From the human T2T-CHM13v2.0 reference genome, Homo sapiens: DNA of 64,000 nucleotides. Positions within the stretch are counted from its first letter, which is position 1, and each line of letters starts with the position of its first letter. The stretch is taken from NCBI RefSeq assembly GCF_009914755.1, contig NC_060931.1. One strand, given 5' to 3'. The notes under the pieces are model-generated. The model had not been told where the DNA came from, did no database searches, and saw only the letters and a program-made list of their open reading frames with translations. Position numbers and translations under genes: made by a program. Of this stretch, positions 1-14,279 are shown one piece after another.

Positions 1-12
1 GGTTGCCATATC

Positions 13-672
13 ATAGTTCCGCTGTAACAGGAGGTACACGTTCCTAAAAATCGCTACACCGTGGAAGACTGCCAATAAAAACCACAGGGCTTAGGAGAAA
101 ACGGGGTCAGGTCACAGCACTCGAGAACCTCATCCCACTAAAAACAACTATTAAATACGGCAGCTGGAAGAAGACCTGACGCTTGCTGGTGGAAGTGGCC
201 CCAGAAGGCTGCAGCTATGAGCGATTGTGACGAGGTGGAAGGAGGGTTCCCTGGAATTGGAGGGGACGTTGTGACCCAAGCATGGATGGTGTGGGTAGCA
301 GGATGTGAACTGAGGGGCTGATAGGTGTTTGTGGTGTGTGTGTGGCTGGGGTTGGCCGGGTGCTGCTTTCCACATTGACTTGGCGCCTGCCAGCGGTGCG
401 GTCCAGTTCTTTGACTGAAGTTCTCGCCAGTCATGGACTTCCTATCCTCCTGTTTCACGAGCTCCATCTCCATCTTCTGCTGATGTGTGAGAGCTGCCGG
501 CACGGCCAGCAGTGGCAACAGTAACGCCTTGGAGTGCAGTCCCTCGCCGGGTGGAGCAGTGTCTGGAACGGCGCTCAGCCGCTCGCAGCCTTTGAGGAGA
601 GCAGTGTGCCACGTGGTGTTCCAGTGCTGAAGCCCCTGCAGCTGGTGTATTAGCAATGTTCTAAAGCAGAGG
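13..672. mobile_element. Degenerate TcMar-Tigger-type DNA transposon remnant (Tigger13a-like)
   Basis: Start tagttccgctgtaac...gttcctaaaaatcgc...caataaaaaccacagggctta resembles the recalled Tigger13a terminus. Possible opposite TIR gttctaaagcaga near 660. Confidence 0.4.
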
Positions 673-981
673 GGCAGCCAGGCGCACTGCATTACCTCCC
701 AGCTCTGAGATCCCGACTCCCGGCTTCTGGTGGGCAGCTGGTTTCTGTGGGAGTCGCTCGTGGAGCCACAGGTGTCTTGGGCTGCATGTGACCACATTTT
801 AGCCAGACTCTGAGGTCAGCTTGGACAGAGTGTTGGGGCATAGGCTGTGGCCGTTCATCAAAACCTACGTTTCATGTATGTTGGTTTCGAAAGGACCACG
901 TTTGTTTCTTCATGAAGCTGAATTTTTTTTTGAGTATTCGGAAGTGTGTTAAATTTAACTTGGATTCTGGCAGGTCGTTGA

Positions 982-1239
<258 letters not shown>

Positions 1240-1547
1240 TGAAGGTGCAGGTGGGGAGAGTCACGGAGAGAGGTGCAGGGACAGGAGGTGGGTAGGGACT
1301 TATGGGCCATTCTCTGTCTCTCACAGCTGGCCTCAGCTGTGCTGTGGGTGCAGCGAGACACATGGGTGTGCTTGTAGTTCAGAATGAGCAAACGAGAATT
1401 TTCACAGAGCAGCCCTTTGGGTCAGCTGAGAATTAGGAAATGGAGGTGGTTGTAGGCTGAATGAAAATACTCACCATGCTGGGTGTAGCTCTGGGGCCCT
1501 AGATGCCTGTTTTTTTGCCTTGCACTGTTTTGGTCCTGAGTGTTTTA

Positions 1548-1627
1548 GAGGTTTCTTAGACTGCGTGGAGGTTTCTTAGACTGCATGGAGGTTTCTTCAA
1601 CTGCACTGAGGTTTCTTAGACTGTGTT
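1548..1627. repeat. Minisatellite, 20-bp unit (gaggtttcttagactgcrtg) x4
   Basis: Four visible tandem copies. Confidence 0.9.
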
Positions 1628-2203
1628 GAAGTGTGCTGTCGCTCACAGCCCTTCTGGAGGCCTCCCATTCACCGCCCAGGAGGCTGGCACCGAGGCTTGA
1701 GGACTGTGCGGTGAGGGGTCAGGGCTGCCTCTCTTATGTTTGGGAAAATGTGCATTTGTATTTTCCTAGTTATGTATTCCCTGGCCTCAAACCCATTGAT
1801 TTCCACAAAAGCTGTAGAGAAGAATAACTTGAAATTGTAACTTTTGTAATACAAGATGTAAATAAAATGGCGCAGGATGGAACTGCTACTTCTGAGGTTC
1901 AGCCGATTGAGCTGAGTGGACAGGCTCCCGGCAGGCTTTGTGTGACCAGATGAGTGTCAGCACCTTGCGTTTGTGATCATAACAAGCCTACGGGGTGGGT
2001 TTCTCATCCCTATTCTCCATTTCAGGAACCTGACAAGCCACCTTTTATTTCTGTGCAGGAGTCTACGTTCTGCTTACTGGGCCCTGCAGGTGACTCCCGT
2101 GCAAAGTGAAACATGGTCAGACACCCCACTCAGTAAATGCAGCTTGTGTTAGCATGCTTCTCATATTCTTCTGTCATTGGCTTTCTGTGCCTTTGTCTTT
2201 TAG

Positions 2204-2419
<216 letters not shown>

Positions 2420-3394
2420 TGAGGAACAAAGCTTTACATGGATTTGCATTTATTTATTCACATTATCCCAGAGGACGGGGTCTGACCCATGGGCAAAAGA
2501 GGCATTTGATAAATACAAAAAACAGAAATCAATTCCAATCATGATTATCCAGTGACCAAGAATGACTTGAATTTCCTTTCTTAATAAATTTGTGGATTCT
2601 AAAAAATCCTCAATGAAATTACCTTTAGTTTTAAAGTAGCTTGAGGCATCTTGGCATGGGTGTTCTTCAGGGCAAAGATAGCTCACACTCACGTGAGCAA
2701 AGCCAGTCACCCTGAGGGCTGCCAGGAACCAGCACAATTGGGCCTCCCTGAGCCTTGGCTTGACTCGGGTGGACATTCATACTATGCCGTGCCCAGCCAC
2801 CACAGTAGGCACCTGGCATAAGTGTTCCCTGTGTTCTGGGACTCGCCCTAGTGCGTAGTGTACATTGTCTCATTTAATTCCCCTGATAGCCCTGTATCCT
2901 AGCTCCACAGGAAGATGCCGCGTTTATCCAAGGTCACGCTGACGACATGGTCGGGCCTGCACTGGGACCCCATGCCACGCCCTGCACCGCCCCTTCCCGT
3001 AGGGGTTGGGGCGCTGTGGACTGAAGGTGCAGGCCGAGGTCATCACTCACCCCTCTGTGTGGCTTTATTATCATAGATATGTTGCGTGTCTGTCTGTGTT
3101 TGACATGTGTATCTGTACATTGTACATAAGAGGGCCACTTTTTAAATTCCCCAACCATGAATTGTGCCCCTCTGTGTGGGGCAATACTACTACTTACTGT
3201 TAAGGCTGTTTGAATTTATCGCAACTTATGGGTTGCGATGCTATTTTAAAAGATATCTTTTAAATAAATAATCTTTGCCTTTTCTAACTGCTGCTGCTAT
3301 TACTAAAAAATTTTTGAATTCAGCACCGTTTTCAAAAACAGTAAATCTCTAGACTGTACATACAAATAAATTATTCCATTAAAATACATCCTTC

Positions 3395-3688
3395 TTTTTT
3401 TTTTTGAGATGTGGTCTGGCTCTGTAGCCCAGGCTGGAGTACAGTGGCACGATCTTAGCTCACTGGAATTTCTGCCTCCTGGATTCAAGTGATTCTCCTG
3501 CTTCAGACTCCTGAGTATCTGGGATTACAGGTGCCCACCACCAGTGCTCGGCTAATTTCTGTATTTTTAGTAGAGACGGGGTTTCTCCATGTTGGTCAGG
3601 CTGGTCTTGAACTCCTGACTTCAGGTGATCTGCCCTCCTTGGCCTCCCAAAGCGCTGGGATTACAGGCATAAGCCACCGCACCCGGCC
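3395..3688 (-). mobile_element. Alu (AluS-like), antisense
   Basis: Poly-T followed by the full reverse-complement Alu dimer ending cccggcc. Confidence 0.95.
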
Positions 3689-3869
3689 TTGTCTTTGAAA
3701 TATTATCAATAAAACCTACAAAGTTTTAAATAAACTCCCAGTAGTGAGGAGCTGTGGAACTTCTGATTCAGACCATGAGTCAGAGGAACCAAATTCTCAC
3801 CCGGGAGACCAGCCCTTTCCTCAGTCGAGCCATCAGTGCTTCATCTGGGTCCTCTCACTTAGACACCCT

Positions 3870-4270
3870 GTAATTTATTCTTAATTTCTGAGATGGTTTT
3901 GTCTTTTTCTTCAGTTTCTTTCCTGAGTTCAATCCCAGTTCTCATTTCATTTCTTGCTTTTTTGGGTCTAATTCTGTTCTTGATTTCTGATTCCCGGTGT
4001 TTTTTCTTGCTTGTTGTTTTGATATGTTTCCAGATGCCCTTTGAGGAGATGTGATTCCATTTGGAACGTTGAGTTTTGTGTCTTCTGCCTTTTGCTTGTT
4101 TTTAGGAGGGATAATTTTCATCAGCTGAAATGCTTTCATTTACATTTTTTCTGTTTTCTTCTTATAGTAGCTTTCTATGGAGTTTGGCGTTTTTCTACTT
4201 GTAGACATTCTGTAGGTGTATATTTTAGGTCAGTGAGCTTTGCTTTATTGATTGGCGACAGGTATCTTTT
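3870..4270 (-). mobile_element. Old L1 fragment, antisense (approximate limits)
   Basis: T-rich degenerate tract typical of antisense L1M. Confidence 0.4.
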
Positions 4271-4812
4271 CAGTGGGCATTGTGCCTCGAGGTGGTAGGT
4301 GGGGTGGGTTTGCCTTTCCTTTGGTTTTGCAAATGCCTGGATTTTGCTCTTGCTGGCAGTTGTGAGGTGTGTGCGGAGGTCTCCCCCATTTCCTGTTCAC
4401 GTCCCCCTTCCCATCGGCCGTGCTGCTCCGACCTCCTCTGCCTCCCAGCTCCTTCCCCTCAGTTGTTTGAGTGGCCCCCAGGATTTGGCCTCGCAGAGAC
4501 TTTCTCTGTCTGAGTTTTCTTTCGGGCTGTGTGGCATGCTCTGTTTGGATGGTGGGCTTTAGCTTTCTTCCTGCCTTCCAGACTGGAGAGCAGGGGCTGG
4601 GGCCCGTGTGTCCTAGGAATCTGAAAGTCGTGGTCCTGTGTCAGTTGTGTGTGTCAGTCGTGTGTGGTCCATGTTGGTTTTGGGGTGTTTTGGGAAGATG
4701 TGTGGAGAGAGTTGGATCTGTGAGACCCAGAAGCGCCTCGTGTTTGTCCCTGTGTGATGCGAACTGCATTTCTTCAACTTACTACTTACACGTGGATGCT
4801 GTGGGCTTTTGA

Positions 4813-4938
<126 letters not shown>

Positions 4939-5034
4939 TGATTCTTCACTTTCTTAAAATCCTTCATCAATGGTTGTGAAATATGGTTTCCTTATTTAAA
5001 GCCATTTCTTTCTTTTTGTTTCTGTTTTCATCAG

Positions 5035-5096
5035 AAATGTCAGGTTTGTCCTTCCACATCGCTTCCTTGGATGAGAGTGGGGTTCTCAATGTATGG
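5035..5096 (+). CDS. DYNC2I1: DYNC2I1 coding exon: (E)[20 protein letters not shown]
   Basis: Long pyrimidine tract then catcag|AA, donor TGG|gtgagt. 62 nt, preceded by a 101-nt intron. Confidence 0.94.
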
Positions 5097-5624
5097 GTGA
5101 GTAGTGGCCCAGGCCGGGCACATGCGGGGCCTGAGTGAGGTGGTCTGGGTGGAGGTGGCGCCTGAATGGCGCAGGGGGCGGGACCCAGTTAGCTGTGGTG
5201 GGAAACGGAGAGCAAGACTGGGCTTCTTGGTCCTGAGCAGAAGGGATGCAGAAGGCCACACATGGCAGGTTTGGGGCCCTTTCGTGACAGTGAAATAGGG
5301 ACTCTCACACAGGGCTTTGGGAACGCGGAATGAAAGTGAGAAGGGAACAAAATGTTAGGGCTGAGGTGATGCTGGATTGGCTTGTCCTGGAGGATGCGCC
5401 AAGACTGTTGATTAAGTCACCAAGTGAAGAGAACACGAGGAGATCAAAGCAAAGGAGTCAACTTGTAGAGTGTTAGTTCTGAGGCTAAAGATCAGTCTCT
5501 TTTTCTGGAGCAGTTATGTTTTAGTACCTAAATAGCACTCCATCTTAATTAGAGCTATGCTTTGCTTAGGTTGTTTCATAATTATAAAATGTATCAATAT
5601 TCATTTTCAATATTCTGTTTTTAG

Positions 5625-5676
5625 GTGGTTGTTGAATTACCAAAGGCAGACATCGCAGGTTCAATAAGTGATTTAG
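5625..5676 (+). CDS. DYNC2I1: DYNC2I1 coding exon: VVVELPKADIAGSISDL(G)
   Basis: Acceptor ttctgtttttag|GTG, donor TTAG|gtaact. 52 nt, phase 0 in, phase 1 out. Confidence 0.93.
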
Positions 5677-5748
5677 GTAACTATTAAGTAAAAAAATTAA
5701 TTTTAGTGTTTTCTAAAATGAATCGAGATTAAAAGTACTGATAACTGC

Positions 5749-6055
<307 letters not shown>

Positions 6056-6189
6056 GATACCAATAACTGCTTTGAAAAATATAAATTACTACCTGAAAAA
6101 TGAAAATTAAAGGTGTATGTCATATAACCTTATAAACTGTTGAACGGGCATCTCAATTAACTAGAATAATCAAATGATATTCTGAATGA

Positions 6190-6483
6190 ATTTTTTTTTT
6201 TTTTGAGACAGAGTCCCGCTCTGTTGCCCAGGCTGCTGCAGTGGTGTGATCTTGGCTCACTGCAACCTCTGCCTCCTGGGTTCAAGCAATTCTCTTGCCT
6301 CAACCTCCCAAGTAGCTGGGATTACAGGTGCTTGCCAACACGCCCGGCTAATTTTTGTATTTTTAGTAGAGACAGGGTTTCACCATGTTGGTCAGGCTGG
6401 TCTTGAACTCCTGACTTGAGGTCATCCACCCACCTCAGCCTCCCATAGTGCTGGGATTACAGGCATGAGCCACCGTCCAGCCT
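6190..6483 (-). mobile_element. Alu (AluS-like), antisense
   Basis: Poly-T plus reverse-complement dimer; tgaatg/tgagtgaatg-like TSD. Confidence 0.95.
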
Positions 6484-8005
6484 GAGTGAATGTTTTGATC
6501 TTAGTAGGGTTTAATGAGTTCTGTTTACAGCTGAGTACCATTCAGTTCTGTCAGACAAGTCAAGGACAGCTGTGTTCTGTAGCTGTTCCCTATGTATTTC
6601 AGGTGTCCGAGTCTTTCAGTGCGCATTCATTTTGGGGCTTCTTCCTCTCAGTTTTGGATTTACAACCCCAGGGTGTATCAGGAACACTGGATGCTGCCCC
6701 GAGGGCCCTTAGACTGGATCCCAGGGTGGCAAAGGTCCCCGGGTTTGGGCAGAGCAGAAGTGACTTGAAGCAAAGCTAATAGCACCTCTCACAGGTGGCT
6801 GCTCTTGATGCTATGGAGTACGATTTTCAGTTCCAGAAAGGGCTCAGAAGTGACGGAGTAATTCAGTCCTGTTGTGTTCTGTGGTTGAGATTAGCCCATG
6901 TTTTGATCTCAACTTCTTTCTCACCTCATTGGCCTCCCACAACCCAGTTTGTAATGACAAACCCCCCTTTCACCTTGCTTGAATCAGGGGTGTTTTCCCA
7001 TGTAGATCTGGCAAAAAATAATATGAGTGAGACCGGCTTTGTTCCTAACCTCTTGAGATGAGGGAAGAGGCCACTTTGGCCCTTGGAGCAAATGCTCTGT
7101 GCCCCGTAGTCACACGTCTGTGGTGGCCCTTACAAGTTTACTGTTGATTCTGACTTCAGTAAAAATAAGACAGTCGTGGTGCTCATTTCACTGCTAAATG
7201 CTTTTGAGGTGGAGTCACCATGTTTCTCAATGTATTCTTTATGCGGCACCCTCTCTGCTCATGGAGCCGTTCTGCTCTGTGTTGTCCACTCCAGGCTGCC
7301 CCTAGAATCCTGGAGTGTCAGAGCTAGGGAGCCTGGGCAGGGGTCCTGGTGCCTCCTTCTCAACGTACACAGGTCACGGGGTGGGTTAGTGATGGGGCGA
7401 GACCCACATAGTCTCAGCACCAACCCCCCTTCACACCCAGGGTTCCGCCCCAAATGCCCAGAACTCTTGTGACCTTAAGAGTGCGCCTTGAGGCTGGTTG
7501 TGCCGTTAACTTGTTACATGATCAAGGTATTTGTCAAGCAATTACGGATGGTACTGAGATCATTTCTGTCCATAGTCAGGTGATAATCCGGCTATGGAGA
7601 CAAAATCATTTTGCATAAAAAGTATTTGCATACAAATGTTTTGTAGTACATGATGGTCATATAAAGGATATCCTGGGGTGGTGAGTATTTCATTTTAAAA
7701 TATTGATGTATAAAAACACCCTTTCTTCACTGAACCACTTACCCAAATTGCAACCATGTTCCAGCCTTGCCTTTAGGAAGGGAGGACGTTCCGACCAGCC
7801 CGTTGTTCAGGGTGGCTGCCAGCTCTTTGTGTAGGCATTGGATGAGTTGCTGTTGGAGAGCTGAAGTCTCAGAAGGAGTCAGCCACCATCTTTTTATGAA
7901 ATGTTCTCTGCATAAGCGAGGTCCAGTCCTAGGTGCCAGGAGACCTGGGCGAAGACCCCAGCCCGGGAGAGGGCGAGTGGTGGTGGACTTACTGGAGCGG
8001 AGGCG

Positions 8006-8160
8006 CAGTGGGAAGGCCTGGCCAGAAAGGCTGCCCGTGGGCGGTGGCGTGTAGGGGCCCAGTCGGAAAGGGCCTGGCCAGAAAGGCTGCCTGTGGGCTA
8101 TGGCGTGTAGGGGCCAGTGGGAGGACCCGCCCAGAAAAGCTGCCCACAGGCGGTGGCGTG
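8006..8160. repeat. Degenerate GC-rich minisatellite, ~53-bp unit x3 (ggcctggccagaaaggctgcccgtgggcggtggcgtgtagggg...)
   Basis: Three diverged tandem copies visible. Confidence 0.8.
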
Positions 8161-9040
8161 GGAGCCGAGACGCCAGGTGGGGGGCATGCCGGGAAGCTTC
8201 ACATTTGTGAATAGTGGCGTTGACCCTTCTTCACTGTGGTTGTGACTGGCAGGAGATACGCAGCAGCTACAGGGACCCTGCCCAGCTGCAGGTTGGGCTT
8301 ATTTCTATCTCCTTTTAATTCACCTGCCCCCAGAGTTTTAGGCAATGCCTTGCCCAGAATTTGGGTTTTAATATCCATAGATTTCTAGTTTTTCCCCTTG
8401 TAGTAGTTTTAGAGGGAAAGTGATATTGGGAGCAGACACAGGAGGCAAAACCAGTGGGTGGCCGAGGAGCCAGCGCTGTAGCCATGAACGCTTTCAGGAA
8501 GGAAAGGAAGAGCAGTCAGGCCTCAGAGCCGTGGCTCTGTGTTGTTTGAGAAGGAAGCTGGAGAAGCTGCTGGAACAGAGAGTGAGGCCAGACGCACTCG
8601 GCTGAGGAGCCACTCTGCCTCCTGTGCATTCTGCCCGGAGACCAGCAGATTTCTGAGTCTCTGGGATGGTGGAGAGAGAGGTCCTGCAAGATTCCTGTAG
8701 GCGTTGGAGCCTCGGTGGACATTCACAGGACAGCGTTTGCTGCTGTGATCTAAGGCTTATTTAGTGTATGTACACTCGTACACATGTATGGTTTGCTTAC
8801 CCCCCTTATTTTATCAGATCTAATGATATAAAGGCTCCCAGATCATGGTTCTACAATCTTTCTTCCCATAAGACTTTGAACTGTGAATTCTCGATTCTTC
8901 TCCTAAGGCAGGATACGTGAACCTCACCCAGAGGAAGGGAGGGATGCTGTGCATTGATTTGCATTTGATGTTATTTCCTAACACAGATATTTAAGCAATG
9001 AAAAATGATTCCAGGCAACTATAACTAGATTTTGATTTAG

Positions 9041-9145
<105 letters not shown>

Positions 9146-9292
9146 TAAGATGTGAGGGAAAATGCTTCACTATCTCACAAAGACCTAGAAGGAAAATAAC
9201 ATTGGGGAATTGCATATACGGTAAATGGTGAGCTTTTGCGATGAAGAAGTCCATTTTCTCACATTGTTTTTTTACTGTTTTGTTAGTCTATT

Positions 9293-9596
<304 letters not shown>

Positions 9597-10379
9597 TTGT
9601 TAGTCTGTTATTAATGAGTGAATGTAATAAATGCAGCTTCCAGGTGTAGAGCTAACATTTTGTCATTAAGTAGAGGTTATTTTCTTTTAAATTGGTCTTA
9701 CTTAACTATTCTTCAGTTCTCATGCAACCCTGAGGTTAAACTTAAAGTTTCAGGAACCAGAAACATTGATAAAAAGTTTTATTCAGAGATTTAGATTTAT
9801 GCTTTTACTCATATAACTTAATATGACATAAAAAGTCTTCACAAATGTACAAATATTATTTGTGGTATTTATATGTTTTATGTTAATTTATTTCCTAAAG
9901 TATCTTTTCTTGTCATTTACTGCACTCAGGGGTCAAAATTTTGGGGTCTGGTTCTTCCTAATCAGAAAACCTGTGGGTTGTGTTAATGAATTCATGCATG
10001 CTTGGAGACTTTAAATCAACTACAGTTGTAATTAGTAATTACAACTAATTATGAAAGAGAATCAATTATATTTTAAAAAGTCATTTACTGTATTGCAGAG
10101 TCAAACATACATGGTTCCTGGGCAAGCCCCTGACCCCTCCAGCCTCTACAGTTCCCCCACTGAGTTTCTTTACGACTTTTTATCTCTGCTAGGGCCCTTA
10201 TTGCTTTATATGGTGCATTGTATTTATCTTTAACTATCAGCTTCTCCTGTACTTAACTACACACACACTCTTTGAAGGAAAGTGTCTAATCTGTCCGCTG
10301 TTTGGGTTTTTTCTTACCCAAAAACTCCTAGCAGTGTCTTCCTGAGATCCATGCATAATAAATGTTCCCTCAGACTCTG

Positions 10380-11830
10380 CTCAACCAACCATGTTGAGCT
10401 TATTCTACGTGCTAGGCTTTGTAGCACTAGTGGGGAGCATCCTCCGTCAAGGTGCTCCGAGAAGGAGGCGGATGAGTAAACATTACGTGATTGCAGGGGG
10501 CGCTCCCTGCTTTCCCAGGAAGAAGGCTCTGCAGTGGAGTTCAGAGTGAGGATGTTTCTTAAGGAGTTCCTTGGGCTTACTGCCTGGGAAAGGGCCGGGA
10601 GGAGGCAGAATGGGGCCGAGAGGAGGAGCTGAGCTGTGAGGCAGGTCCCACGGCCGACTCCCCAGGGCCCAGGAGTTGTGAGCTGGAATGGCCTCCCAGA
10701 ATCACGTGGCTGGGACTTTGTACCCCCCATCCCATCAGTCACTGAGCATGAGTGTCCCCAGGAGGACATTGCCTGCAGGGAAGCAGGTCCTGCAGCTCTG
10801 TCTGCACCGCCCCTGCAGCGAGGCCCCGTCCCTCAGGGTTGTCGTGCAGAGGACGAAGTGTGCTGTCAGGATGTGCACAAGGCTTGTGGGAGCTCAAAGG
10901 ATGGGGGCAGCTTGGGGGATGGAGTGCAGTGGGGACATCTTGAGGAGGCAAAGACTGAGCCAGGCCTTTGAGGTGGAGTTAGATGGTCAGAGGGAGCAGA
11001 ACCTGGGGGTGCCCAGAGGCACATTTGGAGCTGTCAGTGGGTCCGATGTTGAGGGAGGCAGGTGAGCCAGGCCCTAACGAGTCTGTCTGCCGTGCTAAAG
11101 GGTGTGGACATTAGCATAAAGGTGGTCACGAGCTGTCAGTGGGTCTGATGGTGAGGGAGGCAGGTGAGTCAGGCCCTAACGAGTCTGTCTGCCGTGCTAA
11201 AGGGTGTGGACATTAGCATAAAGGTGGTCAGGAGCCATTGCAGCACGTTGAGCCGAGGAGCAGCACATCTTGTCTGTGATGTAGATGGGTCAGTGTGGCA
11301 GTGGCGTAAGTTGGGAACAGAGGAAGGGAGGCTGGAGTCAGGGAGAGCAGTTAGGAGGCTTCTGGAGTGACTGACATGAACAACCAGGATCTGAACAAAG
11401 GCAGCAATTACAGGTACAGAGGGCTGGACACAGGCTAAAGGGGTAGAACTTAAAAAACCCAGGAGCTCATCAATTATAGGAGCAGTGGGAGGGAGGAGCC
11501 TAGGTTGGCCTCTGCCTCCACCAGCATGTCTGGTTGGTGACTGGGCACCACTTGCCAGGCGAGGATAGGAGCAGGGAGGGTTGGGAGCAGCCCAGTGTGT
11601 TCCAGTGAGGACAGGCTGAGCTTGTGGTGCCTGTGGAGATGCCCAGGAGCTAGGGGCCTCCATAGCAGAAAACCCAGATGGAGGTAAGGATTTGGGAGTC
11701 GTAACCAAGAGGTGGCATTTGCAGTCCTGAATGTGGACAGAAAGAGAAAATTGGAAAGGAGGCTGATAGCATGGCCACATGCTGACTTTGATGATGTGGG
11801 TGTGGCAGATGGAGCAACTGTGGGCATCTC
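10380..11830 (-). mobile_element. L2 remnant, antisense (approximate limits)
   Basis: tcaaccaaccatgttgagcttattctacgtgctaggc resembles the reverse complement of the L2 3' end. The purine-rich body (gcagttaggaggct, gtggagatgcccagg) is typical of antisense L2. Confidence 0.55.
11028..11231. repeat. Near-perfect 102-bp tandem duplication (x2)
   Basis: gagctgtcagtggg...ataaaggtggtca starts at both 11028 and 11130, with about four differences. Confidence 0.92.
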
Positions 11831-12299
11831 TCTGTTACAAATAGATAGGCCATATAAAGGAAAAAATAAAACTAAGTATAGTTTTTAAAAGGAAAGGAAA
11901 ATCTCTAAATGCCATAAACAGGAGAGAGCTTAAAGTTAGTGTCATAAGCTTTTGAGCTGCTATGTGATGGCTTGGAGGCTGGGTGTGAAGCCCAGGCTGT
12001 CTCAGACCTTCTGAGCTGTCTCTGGGGCTTGAGCCCCATGCAGAACCAGGCGACGCATTGGGTTTGCCTGAGGCAAGGAGGTAGAACTGAGACCCCTGCA
12101 CAGGACTCTGGAACTCACTGCTCCTGCAGTGATAGGGAAATTCAGAAAGCCGCACCACAGCCAAGGGAAGACAGAGGAGCTTGGAAGAGCTTGAAATCCT
12201 AAGCTGAGTGGGTGTGTGGGAACCCACAAGCTGAGATGTTAGCATCACAGTTCTAGACCAGTGGCCTCAGTGGGTTCATAGTTAAAGTAGACGCAAAAC

Positions 12300-12665
12300 C
12301 CCCTGGTGGGTAAAGATATGTTTGCAAATTGGGGCTCACAGGTTTCTTATGAGAAGCAGTCTGCTGCAGATGAGCTCACAACTACAAGCATGAAGAAACA
12401 GTCTACCTTGGTGCAAAAAGTAGGAGTCACACACTAAGAACTTGAGACAGTTGTACAATCTAAAAGAAATTTCTAGAAATGAAACTGTTATCTCTGAAAT
12501 TTACAACCAAGTGAATGGTTACATAGCAGATTAGATATAGCTGAAGAAAGAATTAGGGAACAGAAGGATAACTCTGAAAAAATTATCAAGAATGTAGTAG
12601 CAGAAGAAAATAGAAACAGAGTGGCTAAACCCACAGAGGAATGTGACATGGCCTGTTATACATCG
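12300..12665 (+). mobile_element. Old L1 ORF1-region fragment
   Basis: agcagattagatatagctgaagaaagaattagggaac...gaaaaaattatcaagaatg is typical of the L1M ORF1 coiled-coil region. Confidence 0.55.
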
Positions 12666-12757
12666 ATGTATTGTAGTGCAAATCAGTGTTAATACCATCA
12701 TTATTCTTAAGGTTGGAAACAGTCCATCTGTTCATCTTTGTTACTTTATTTTTTCAG

Positions 12758-12857
12758 TCTTTCCCATAAAGGTAATGAATTTTGGGGCACTACACAAACA
12801 CTGAATGTTAAATTTCTGCCTTCAGATCCTAATCACTTTATTATTGGCACAGACATG
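12758..12857 (+). CDS. DYNC2I1: DYNC2I1 coding exon: (S)[33 protein letters not shown]
   Basis: Acceptor tttattttttcag|T, donor ATG|gtgagt. 100 nt. F-x-P-x-D-P-N-x-F-I-I-G-T-D is typical of dynein intermediate-chain WD blades. Confidence 0.95.
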
Positions 12858-13047
12858 GTGAGTAGTATTTTAAATTTAATCCTATTACTCATTCTCCTTG
12901 TTTTCCTGACTTACCTGATAAATATCTTGATTTAGGATTAACTTACTCTTTTCTTTTATAAAGTTTAAATTGTTTGAGGAACAGTAGCTGTATCCAATCT
13001 CGTGTGTAATGCACTCGTTCAGTCACTCTTGGGCTTCTTCTTCACAG

Positions 13048-13436
<389 letters not shown>

Positions 13437-14279
13437 CAGTTCCTTTTAGTGATACTCTTTGCCTGTTTGGGCAGCATAACACTTGCAGTGATCCATTGGA
13501 AAATTTTAAAAGTTAATCATTTACTAGAGGACAAATTGGTCATTTATGGGGTGTCAGTGGTTTAAAAAGGAGAAACATGAAATTAATAACAAATTTTAAA
13601 AACAAAACCTATGTAGAAATTAAACTCTCGAGTAATACTTGGTTCAATTACAAACTAGTTAGAATTTAACAGAAGAATATGAAATACCAAAACCTATGAT
13701 ACAGCCAAAAATGTGAAGAAATTCTTAGTGTGAGGATTTTTGCCTGTGTTCTTTTACTGTTTAACACAATAGAAATTAATGTTCAGAGTCTTGAACCTGA
13801 AAGTCCAGGGATGGCCGTCGGGCAGGCAGCAGTCCCTGCGCTGCACTCATGCTGCAGGAAATGTGTGTGTGGGTGCGAGCTGCTTGCTGTCTTCCCCTCC
13901 AGGGCCTGGTGTCAGCCCAGCTCACCCTAGTCACAGTTGTCCTGTAGACTCCAAGGTCAGTTTATGGGTTGGTTTGGGTAAGATAGGACAGAAGGCAAAA
14001 TATTAAACAACTTTATACGTGATTAAATGTGATAGTTAACAAGAATTATATGACAGTCAAGGCATTAAGTTATAACTCAGATATCCCCTTCTCTCACTAG
14101 TGTTTACAAATTTCCGTGTACTTGAGATTGAGGGGAAAGATTGTTATTTATTCACACTACTCTTATAGTACTTAAAACATTATAAATTATGTTTATATGT
14201 CAGTCACATAAACTAAGGTTGCTGAGGGCAGAGATGGTATTTCATGTATCTTTGTATTTCCAAAGACTGCATTTGAGCT

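Noticed and set aside
138-797. 219-aa minus-strand ORF
   Set aside because: Lies in an intron over a decayed transposon-like sequence, with no recognisable domain.
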